Notes under the pieces: model-generated
Database searches by the model: none
Told to the model about the DNA's origin: nothing
Seen by the model: the letters and a program-made list of their open reading frames with translations, nothing else
From: Lachnospiraceae bacterium
GTDB lineage: Bacteria > Bacillota > Clostridia > Lachnospirales > Lachnospiraceae
Length of the DNA stretch: 64,000 bases
Assembly (NCBI GenBank): GCA_016284355.1
Contig: JAEEOQ010000099.1
Location: 181-64,180, forward strand
Direction of reading: 5' to 3'
In this document: positions 7,815 to 13,937 of the stretch, piece after piece
Numbering within the stretch: position 1 is the first letter of the stretch
Layout of the letters: every line of letters begins with the position of its first letter
Made by a program: the position numbers and the translations under genes

Positions 7815-8075
7815 TTACCCCCAAACAGCCCTTGTGGTCTCCCAGGTTACTCCGTTGTAGTACTTTATAACTCCGCCGGCTCCGGTATCTACCCAAAGGC
7901 TACCCTTATCAGCAGGTACAGAAGGTGATATCACTACTTCTGTTTTTATGTTGTCTTTAAATGTCATGCCGGAGGCAAGGGCATTTACAGGGTTTGCCAT
8001 CATAATCCCCGCCGCTGTAAGCGCTGTACCTTTTACAAAATCTTTTCTTGTGATCTTCTTATCAAATATGCTCAT
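7815..8075 (-). CDS. Small secreted protein (86 aa) with a twin-arginine-like (RK variant) signal peptide
   Basis: The N-terminus MSIFDKKITRKDFVKGTALTAAGIMMANPVNALA/SG resembles the Tat consensus S/T-R-R-x-F-L-K, followed by a hydrophobic region and an AxA cleavage site. AAGGAGA RBS. It lies between the coiled-coil gene and the Cys-repeat gene. Confidence 0.7.
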   Translation of the reverse strand: MSIFDKKITRKDFVKGTALTAAGIMMANPVNALASGMTFKDNIKTEVVISPSVPADKGSLWVDTGAGGVIKYYNGVTWETTRAVWG

Positions 8076-8084
8076 TTTTTCTCC

Positions 8085-9785
8085 TTAACCGTTATATATC
8101 ATTATCCGCTCTACGTAAGTGTCTGCAGGGTCTGCGATGTAAATACGCATATAGCCCTTATCGCCCTCATACCTTACTCTGCTTTGCGGCAGCACCGTGT
8201 AGAGAACCTCCACATGGGAGTCTGCCGTAAATGCGCTGTTTCTTATCTCGTAAAAATATTCGCCCTCTGCACTCTCCCAGCTTTCCTTTGCGATCTTAAA
8301 GCCTTTTATGTAGGTGATGCCAAGTCTTTCTTCGAGCCCGTCAAGTCTTCCGGCAAGAGCATCCCTCTCTGTTTTTGCATTTTCTTTTTCAGTTTCAATG
8401 CTGCCTGTAAGCTCTGTTTTGGCGTCTTCTATAGCTTTTTCAAAGTTTTTAGCAAGGTCATCTCTTGCGCTTTCAAGCTCGTTTCTTACAGATTCAAGGC
8501 CTAAAGCAAGGTCCTCTTTGGTATTTTCAAGATCTTCCTTGGTACTTTCAAGATCTTCCTTGGTACTTTCAAGGTCTTCCTTTGTTTCTGCAAGGTCTTC
8601 CTTTGTTTCTGCAAGGTCTTCTTTGGTGGCCGCAAGATCTTCCTCGGTGCCTGTCAGTTCTTCCCTGGTCTCGGCAAGATCCTCGTTTACCTCATCGATC
8701 CGCTCGTCAAGCCTTGATGATGTGGCCTCATTTAAAAGGTCGTAAAAGCCTTCAAGGATCTTCCTGCTGTAATCATTCTCCTTTGTTTTTATCTGCATGA
8801 GGCTGCTGATATCAAGATCTGCTGCCCCCTCAAGAGCAGTGGTGATCTCTGATTCGTATAGATCAATGGCAGCAAGAAGTTCTCCCCTCTTAGCTTCTGC
8901 TACATCAGGAAGCCTAAGGCCTGCCGTCTTAGCCCTTGCAAGGCCTGCGTATGCTACAACTCTTTCTGCAAGTTCCGCAGCATTTATGCCGCGGCGAAGG
9001 GAGTCTATAAGCTCTTTTGTATTTCCGTTGCTTGTGTTAAGGTCTTCTGTCAGGACGTCAAGCCGCAAGGAAAGATTTGCCACCTGCCTGTCAAGGCCCT
9101 TAAAGCGCGCCTCTCCCTCAGCCATATACGCGTAAAGTTTTTCGGAAAGCCCTGAGATAGATGCCATAAGGCTTGCACTCTTGCTTTCCGTAAGCCCGGT
9201 AAGCTCAGTTTTTATCTGTTCAAAGCGAAGGTCCGTGTTTTCCTTGTCTTCTCCCCAGGTGTGGTTAAGGTTTTCAAGCTTTTCGCTGACCGCCCTTACC
9301 TCTTCCTTAAAGGAGCCAAGGTTATTTCTGTATTCTTGTAAATTTTCTCTGTATTCTTTTAAATCGTCTCTGTATTCTTTTATCTCTGTTTCATTTTTGC
9401 CACTTAGCTTAACTTCACTCTTCAGTTCCCCGTCAATGCGCTCGATGCTGCTAAAAATGCTGTCAATCGAAGCATTTACCGTTTCAAGACCTGTGATAAG
9501 GGCGGGCGCATCCTCTTTTTTTGCATCTTTTACCTTTTCCTTAAGGTCTTCTATATCCGCCACCAGGGCGGCGATCTTTTCGTCTATCTCTTCTTTGTAT
9601 TTGCTGCTTGCTCCGGTGTTTTCCGCTTTTCCACTTTCCGCGGATTTCCCGCTCTCATTTTCCACACGTGTGGAAACTTTTTCCGCCGCTGCTCTCTTCC
9701 CGCTGCCGCTTACTAGGCCCACACTCGCAAAAAGCGCGAGCACAAGGCTAAGGGCAAGAGCTGTGGCTGTTATCTGTTTTTTCAT
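8085..9785 (-). CDS. Signal-anchored coiled-coil protein (about 566 aa) with heptad tandem repeats and a small beta-rich C-terminal domain
   Basis: I place the start at the internal ATG at 9785 (MKKQITATALALSLVLALFASVGLVSG, with AGGAGA upstream). The track ORF extends to 9857 inside tatC. Most of the protein is long charged heptad-rich sequence. Confidence 0.8.
   Translation of the reverse strand: MKKQITATALALSLVLALFASVGLVSGSGKRAAAEKVSTRVENESGKSAESGKAENTGASSKYKEEIDEKIAALVADIEDLKEKVKDAKKEDAPALITGLETVNASIDSIFSSIERIDGELKSEVKLSGKNETEIKEYRDDLKEYRENLQEYRNNLGSFKEEVRAVSEKLENLNHTWGEDKENTDLRFEQIKTELTGLTESKSASLMASISGLSEKLYAYMAEGEARFKGLDRQVANLSLRLDVLTEDLNTSNGNTKELIDSLRRGINAAELAERVVAYAGLARAKTAGLRLPDVAEAKRGELLAAIDLYESEITTALEGAADLDISSLMQIKTKENDYSRKILEGFYDLLNEATSSRLDERIDEVNEDLAETREELTGTEEDLAATKEDLAETKEDLAETKEDLESTKEDLESTKEDLENTKEDLALGLESVRNELESARDDLAKNFEKAIEDAKTELTGSIETEKENAKTERDALAGRLDGLEERLGITYIKGFKIAKESWESAEGEYFYEIRNSAFTADSHVEVLYTVLPQSRVRYEGDKGYMRIYIADPADTYVERIMIYNG
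8499..8687 (-). repeat. 21-bp (7-aa) coding tandem repeat, TKEDLxx, about 8 copies
   Basis: Protein: EDLAETREELTGTEEDLAATKEDLAETKEDLAETKEDLESTKEDLESTKEDLENTKEDLALG. The DNA shows near-identical 21-mers (for example ggtactttcaagatcttcctt twice, and tttgtttctgcaaggtcttcc twice). Confidence 0.8.
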
Positions 9786-10494
9786 CTTTTTTGATTTCTC
9801 CTGTTGTTTTTTTGCTTTTAAGTAAGGCGCCAAGGGTACAGACTTCATAAACCGCAAGAAGCGGAAGCGCCACCGCTATCATGCTGAAAATATCCGGTGG
9901 GGTCATAAATGCCGCAAGAAGAAAAGCAAGCGGATACACCGCAGGTCTGATCTTCTTTAATATGGCAGACCCCACTATCCCCCTTCTGACAAGTAAAAGA
10001 AGCAAGGAAAAAGCAAACGCAAGGATCCCGCAGGAAATGCCGGCACTTAAGAGGAAAGATAACGCTTTTTCCAGCGTAAATTCAGCCCTAAGCCCCTGTC
10101 CTTCCGAAACTTTTATAAAGAGCCTTACTGCAGCGTATACAAGAAATCTTACTCCGCAGATTGCCCCTGTTATGAAGGCCGCAAAAGGTGCGATCAAAAG
10201 TCTTTTTTTGACGCGGATCTGCAGATAGGATGCCAGAGAAAACAGGGCAAACGGGGCTGTCAGCACAAGGGCCGATACCGCAGCCAGATTTACGCCGCTT
10301 ACAATGATCTCGACAGGTGATAACATACGTATATCAAGTCCCATCTTTTTTGACTCATTTACAATTGTTTTAAGTATTTCCGGAGATAAAATGTAAAATA
10401 AGATAAACAGAATTCCCCAGATAATAAGACAAAAAGCTGTTTGCTTTCTTGCTTCTTTAATATGTTCGCCCACGGTCATAAGGTCATCTTTCAT
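9748..10494 (-). CDS. tatC: Twin-arginine translocase subunit TatC
   Basis: Six-TM protein with the characteristic TatC motif region (AFMTPPDIFSMIAVALPLL) and a typical N-terminal amphipathic segment (GEHIKEARK). It overlaps the end of tatA. Confidence 0.85.
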   Translation of the reverse strand: MKDDLMTVGEHIKEARKQTAFCLIIWGILFILFYILSPEILKTIVNESKKMGLDIRMLSPVEIIVSGVNLAAVSALVLTAPFALFSLASYLQIRVKKRLLIAPFAAFITGAICGVRFLVYAAVRLFIKVSEGQGLRAEFTLEKALSFLLSAGISCGILAFAFSLLLLLVRRGIVGSAILKKIRPAVYPLAFLLAAFMTPPDIFSMIAVALPLLAVYEVCTLGALLKSKKTTGEIKKDEKTDNSHSSCP

Positions 10495-10627
10495 TTCCCA
10501 TGCCGCCGCTCTTTAAATAGTCCATAGACTGTTTTAATGCCTCTGTGACCTTTGGAAGCTGCTTTGGTCCAAATAACAAAACAACCACAGCAAGTATCAC
10601 CAGGGCTTCAGCCATTCCGATGCGCAA
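10484..10627 (-). CDS. tatA: Twin-arginine translocase subunit TatA/E (47 aa, not in the ORF track)
   Basis: Hand translation from the TTG at 10627 (GGGAGGTG lies 7 nt upstream) gives (M)RIGMAEALVILAVVVLLFGPKQLPKVTEALKQSMDYLKSGGMGNER. This has the TatA hallmark of a TM helix followed by FGPKKLP-like and amphipathic segments. An alternative ATG is at 10615. Confidence 0.65.
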   Translation of the reverse strand: MRIGMAEALVILAVVVLLFGPKQLPKVTEALKQSMDYLKSGGMGNER

Positions 10628-10662
10628 TGCATCTCACCTCCCTTTCGTAATTTGCAGGGCAT

Positions 10663-10691
10663 ATGATACCTAGTTTTCCCTGCAAAATCAA
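10663..10691 (-). promoter_or_regulatory. Candidate sigma-A promoter for the tatA-to-rSAM operon (TTGATT-17-TATCAT)
   Basis: Read on the minus strand about 35 nt upstream of the tatA RBS. It overlaps a 7-bp inverted repeat (TGCAGGG / CCCTGCA). Two TTTGTACA boxes lie further upstream. Match to consensus is the only evidence. Confidence 0.3.
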
Positions 10692-11035
10692 CCCGTAATA
10701 ATGTACAAAGTTTTTTGCGGGAAAGGCCTCTTAAATCTTTGTACAAATTGACGAAAAAGTATTTAGTTTTACATATTTTACTTTCAAGCAACTGACATGG
10801 GCCCCGGGCGTAAAGCGTGGATTTTGGCTGATTTAAGAGGTACGTGATTTTTATGAACAATAGTAATTTTGGACGTCGAAAACATCAGGCTTGACAATAT
10901 TTGATGTAAAAGTCGGAAACGCTTGCAGTTTGGGGCTTTTCGGCAAGAGCGATTAAAATAGATCAAGCCGCCATGGATTTTTTATCATCTCTGGCGGCCT
11001 TATTTTTCTTTTATTTTTTGTGATCTACCCCGGGG

Positions 11036-11995
11036 TTACTCCTTATCAAACTCCCACACTCTGGTGTAGGTCTGCTCTTTACCGGGTCTTAAAGATATTG
11101 TTACGAAATTTTCTGCGCACATAACGTGGTCTGTGCCCCAGATGGTGATCTTTTCAGGGAAGAAGCTTCCGCTTTCTCGCACCGATAGTCCTTCTATCGT
11201 ATCTTTAAGTTCGTAGTAAAAGTCAGGGAACTTAGCCTCGCTTTCATCTACAAGCCTACTTTTTGGAAGCTCAAGGAAAATATTAAGACCTTCCACATTT
11301 TTAGTCCAGCTTATCTCGTTTCCTTTTACGCTAATAGGCGACTCTGCCTTTCCGCATACTATTCCGTGCTCATCCGTCTTATCAAAGATAAAGCTTTCGC
11401 TTTCAAGGCTTTTTGCAAAAGGAACTGTCATTTTATAGTCAGGACCGATGGGTTTGCCGTTTGCATTAAAGAAGTTGTGCTGGTACTCATTGATATTTAT
11501 ATCTTTTTTGCCGGCATTTGCAATTACGGTCTTAATAAGGATCTTGTTTCCTGTTACGGATAGTTTTTTTGTTATCTCAATAGGGAAAGCAGGTGTTTCT
11601 TTGTCTCCTGTTTCAGGGCTTTGGGTAAATGTAAAGCCGTCTTCTTCCTGCTTTATATCTATCTTAAAGGTCTTTGCCTTATAATCTCCGAATATGTAAA
11701 AAGGCATTCCGTCTTTTAGCTGGCAAAGAAGCCCCACCCCGGGTTTTGTAAACCACTCGCCCTCTTTTAAGGACTGAAGGTCTTCAGGAACCGAAAACTC
11801 TGCAGAAAGTCCAAAACCATTTGCAGAAACTCTGCCTTCTTTTATCTGTTCGCTTGTTCCAAAAGAATATTTTCCGTCAAGTACTATCTCTTTTACTCTG
11901 CAGGCCGCGTCAAAACGGAGCGTAGAGCGCTCATTTCCTTCCGGAATCTCCAAAACCAGCCTTAACCTGTCTTTTTCAAATACAATATCTTTCAT
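11036..11995 (-). CDS. Hypothetical protein (about 319 aa), beta-rich, possibly galactose-mutarotase-like fold
   Basis: Long ORF with normal composition. I place the start at MKDIVFEKDRL (ATG at 11995), because the track ORF extension to 12148 runs through a terminator and two tRNA genes. The fold suggestion is a weak impression only. Confidence 0.6.
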   Translation of the reverse strand: MKDIVFEKDRLRLVLEIPEGNERSTLRFDAACRVKEIVLDGKYSFGTSEQIKEGRVSANGFGLSAEFSVPEDLQSLKEGEWFTKPGVGLLCQLKDGMPFYIFGDYKAKTFKIDIKQEEDGFTFTQSPETGDKETPAFPIEITKKLSVTGNKILIKTVIANAGKKDININEYQHNFFNANGKPIGPDYKMTVPFAKSLESESFIFDKTDEHGIVCGKAESPISVKGNEISWTKNVEGLNIFLELPKSRLVDESEAKFPDFYYELKDTIEGLSVRESGSFFPEKITIWGTDHVMCAENFVTISLRPGKEQTYTRVWEFDKE

Positions 11996-12022
11996 ATGTA
12001 AGCCCCCGTTTTTCATAGTACG

Positions 12023-12049
12023 AAAAAAGGAGATACCGTAGTATCTCCT
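12023..12049 (-). terminator. Rho-independent terminator after tRNA-Leu
   Basis: The minus strand reads AGGAGATAC-TACG-GTATCTCCT followed by TTTTTT. Confidence 0.65.
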
Positions 12050-12055
12050 AAGTAA

Positions 12056-12135
12056 TGCGGGTGACAGGACTTGAACCTGCACGCTCTCGCACAAGAACCT
12101 AAATCTTGCGTGTCTGCCAGTTCCACCACACCCGC
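12056..12135 (-). tRNA. tRNA-Leu (anticodon UAG)
   Basis: The minus strand reads GCGGGTG...CAAGA-TTTAGGT-TCTTG...long variable arm...GGTTCAAGTCC...CACCCGCA. Cloverleaf arms identified by eye. Confidence 0.85.
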
Positions 12136-12140
12136 AAAGC

Positions 12141-12211
12141 TGGGCCAACTGGATTCGAACCAGCGAGTGCAGGAGTCAAAGTCCTGTGCCTTACCGCTTG
12201 GCGATGGCCCA
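12141..12211 (-). tRNA. tRNA-Gln (anticodon UUG)
   Basis: The minus strand reads TGGGCCATCGCCAAGCGGTAAGGCACAGGA-CTTTGAC-TCCTG...GGTTCGAATCC...GGCCCA. Confidence 0.85.
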
Positions 12212-12227
12212 ATAATGCTACCCGAAT

Positions 12228-12236
12228 ATTATAACA
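12228..12236 (-). promoter_or_regulatory. Candidate extended -10 promoter (TGTTATAAT) for tRNA-Gln/Leu
   Basis: On the minus strand about 17 nt upstream of the tRNA-Gln 5' end and downstream of the internal terminator. The -35 is weak. Confidence 0.4.
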
Positions 12237-12260
12237 TGATTAATCTTCGGAGTGAATAAA

Positions 12261-12299
12261 AAAGTAAAAAAATAGAGCAAAGAATTAATCTTTGCTCTA
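12261..12299 (-). terminator. Rho-independent terminator immediately after tRNA-His
   Basis: A 10-bp stem (TAGAGCAAAG / CTTTGCTCTA) with a 7-nt loop, followed on the minus strand by TTTTTTTAC. Confidence 0.65.
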
Positions 12300-12375
12300 G
12301 GGTGGATACAGGGATTCGAACCCTGGGCCTCCAGAGCCACAATCTGGCGCGCTAACCAGCTGCGCTATACCCACC
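12300..12375 (-). tRNA. tRNA-His (anticodon GUG)
   Basis: The minus strand reads GGTGGGTATAGCGCAGCTGGTTAGCGCGCCAGA-TTGTGGC-TCTGG...GGTTCGAATCC...ATCCACCC, including the extra 5' G typical of tRNA-His. Confidence 0.85.
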
Positions 12376-12416
12376 ATGATATGAAATAAGCAACACTAAT
12401 ATTGTGTTGCCCGTAA

Positions 12417-12490
12417 TGTGCCAGAAGGGATTCGAACCCCCGACAACCGGCTTAGAAGGCCGATGCTCTATCCAGCTGAGCTACTAGCAC
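12417..12490 (-). tRNA. tRNA-Arg (anticodon UCU)
   Basis: The minus strand reads GTGCTAGTAGCTCAGCTGGATAGAGCATCGGC-CTTCTAA-GCCGG...GGTTCGAATCC...GGCACA. Confidence 0.85.
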
Positions 12491-12549
12491 AAACCTACCA
12501 AGCAAAGTGATCAATGCAATGGTAATTAATATGTTTAAAAACATATTAA

Positions 12550-12620
12550 AGCGGGTGATGGGAATCGAACCCACGTATCCAGCTTGGAAGGCTGGTGTTC
12601 TACCATTGAACTACACCCGC
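12550..12620 (-). tRNA. tRNA-Gly (anticodon UCC)
   Basis: The minus strand reads GCGGGTGTAGTTCAATGGTAGAACACCAGC-CTTCCAA-GCTGG...GGTTCGATTCC...CACCCGCT. Confidence 0.85.
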
Positions 12621-12630
12621 AAGTTAAAAG

Positions 12631-12705
12631 TCGGGGTGACAGGATTCGAACCTGCGACCTCTTGATCCCAAATCAAGCACTCTAGCCAAACTGAGCCACA
12701 CCCCG
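12631..12705 (-). tRNA. tRNA-Pro (anticodon UGG)
   Basis: The minus strand reads CGGGGTGTGGCTCAGTTTGGCTAGAGTGCTTGA-TTTGGGA-TCAAG...GGTTCGAATCC...CACCCCGA. Confidence 0.85.
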
Positions 12706-12745
12706 ACGGTGTTATGTCTGCGCCTATTCGCCAGACGCAAGAAAT

Positions 12746-12774
12746 ATTATATATGATGAATTGTTTATTGTCAA
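12746..12774 (-). promoter_or_regulatory. Consensus sigma-A promoter for the tRNA operon (TTGACA-17-TATAAT)
   Basis: The minus strand reads atgTTGACAataaacaattcatcataTATAATatttc, about 40 nt upstream of the tRNA-Pro 5' end. Confidence 0.75.
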
Positions 12775-12822
12775 CATAAAATTTAAAAAATTACAAATTT
12801 TTTTCTTTACATTTTTTTGTTG

Positions 12823-12846
12823 CACAGGTACCTGGTACATATGTCA
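12823..12846. repeat. Palindromic-element family, copy 1 (single arm: CACAGGTACCTGGTACATATGTCA)
   Basis: It matches one arm of the 64-bp palindrome at 18163-18226. Its terminal TCA is the stop codon (TGA) of the minus-strand gene 12844-13320. Confidence 0.7.
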
Positions 12847-13320
12847 AATGTAATTGATGTTAAAGAAGGGATTATCATGTTGGTCAAATTCAAGGAGCAT
12901 ATAGCTGTGTTTTCCGTCTTCCTGGCGAGGAGAGGTAACAGAGCCGGGATTAGCCACGCAGATATCTCCGTACTCCACATACGGCACGTGGGTATGACCG
13001 TAAAGGGCGATATCACAGCCCCGGTCTTTTGCCGCGTCTTTAAGCATCTCTGTGCCAAAGCCAACATGGTAAGCGTGACCGTGTGTGATAAATATGCGGT
13101 GTTTACCGACCTCTATAACTTCTTCTCCCGGCAGGCTTACATCAAAGTCACAATTACCCCTTACCATATGGCAGGGGCAATCAAACCAGGATCTTATAAA
13201 GTCTGCATCGCTTATTACATCGCCAAGATGGATCATCATATCCACCTTACCGACTCTTTCAACTACATCCTGAAGATACCCGAGTAGACCGTGGGTATCA
13301 CTTACTACAAGTATTTTCAT
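12844..13320 (-). CDS. YfcE/MJ0936-family metallophosphoesterase
   Basis: MKILVVSDTHG ... HLGDV ... GNCD ... THGH ... GHTH motifs of calcineurin-like phosphoesterases. 158 aa. Confidence 0.85.
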   Translation of the reverse strand: MKILVVSDTHGLLGYLQDVVERVGKVDMMIHLGDVISDADFIRSWFDCPCHMVRGNCDFDVSLPGEEVIEVGKHRIFITHGHAYHVGFGTEMLKDAAKDRGCDIALYGHTHVPYVEYGDICVANPGSVTSPRQEDGKHSYMLLEFDQHDNPFFNINYI

Positions 13321-13937
13321 ATTTCTCCCGCTTCCTTAAGTTTTTCCACCATGGCGCGAAGAGCCTTTCCTCTGTGGCCGATCTTGTTTTTTTCTGTAAG
13401 CGGAAGCTGTGCATCCGTCTTGCCATACTCAGGAAGGAAAAAGATCGGGTCGTAGCCAAAGCCGTTCTCTCCTGCAGCCTCGTAGGCCACTTTCCCTTCA
13501 AGGGTGGCAAATGTGGTATATTCATGCTCCAACGCATCTACGGCTGATGACCCTTCAGGGAACACGCAGGCAATAGAGCAGGCATACCTGCAGGTACGCT
13601 TTTCATCAGGCACGTCTTTTACCTGATCCATAATATATTGATTCTTTATTACGTAAGATGTGTCTTCTCCAAGAAAACGGGCAGAGTAAACGCCCGGCTC
13701 CTTATTCATGGCATCTACTTCAAGGCCTGAATCATCTGCCATAGCAGGAAGCCCCGAGGCTTTAGCCACTGCTCTTGCCTTTATAAGGGCATTTGCCTCA
13801 AATGTGGTTCCGTCTTCCACTATATCTGTCTTAATGCCGGCTTCTTTCATGGAAACCACTTCAATCCCGGTGTTTTCCATTATCATGCGCACTTCACGCA
13901 TCTTTCCCTCATTGCCGGTTGCAAAAATGATCTTCAA
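13317..13937 (-). CDS. rdgB: RdgB/HAM1 non-canonical purine NTP pyrophosphatase
   Basis: MKIIFATGNEGKMREV N-terminus, FGYDPIF and SHRG-like (IGHRGKAL) motifs. About 200 aa. Confidence 0.9.
   Translation of the reverse strand: MKIIFATGNEGKMREVRMIMENTGIEVVSMKEAGIKTDIVEDGTTFEANALIKARAVAKASGLPAMADDSGLEVDAMNKEPGVYSARFLGEDTSYVIKNQYIMDQVKDVPDEKRTCRYACSIACVFPEGSSAVDALEHEYTTFATLEGKVAYEAAGENGFGYDPIFFLPEYGKTDAQLPLTEKNKIGHRGKALRAMVEKLKEAGEI

Noticed and set aside
8184-9825. Several plus-strand Ser/Leu-rich ORFs (8184-8504, 8314-8745, 8465-8800, 8797-9135, 9181-9825)
   Set aside because: They are antisense to the Glu/Lys/Leu-rich coiled-coil gene. GAA/AAG/CTT codons read backwards give TTC/CTT/AAG-type low-complexity ORFs. 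They have no start context.
9786-9857. A 24-codon N-terminal extension of the coiled-coil ORF
   Set aside because: It lies entirely inside tatC and begins at a non-ATG codon. The internal ATG at 9785 has an RBS and yields a canonical signal peptide.
10597-10966. Minus-strand ORFs of 87 and 60 aa upstream of tatA
   Set aside because: AT-rich promoter region. The first ends inside the tatA RBS/start in another frame. Neither has an RBS, and both have odd composition.
10964-11011. Hairpin GCCGCCA-N18-TGGCGGC followed by a T-rich tract, considered as a terminator for gene 11036-11995
   Set aside because: The stem is only 7 bp and the loop is 18 nt. The T-tract is on the plus strand, where there is no upstream gene. 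This is too weak to call.
11996-12148. N-terminal extension of ORF 11036-12148, and the plus-strand ORF 12071-12259
   Set aside because: Both run through tRNA-Leu, tRNA-Gln and a terminator hairpin. These are tRNA genes, not coding sequence.
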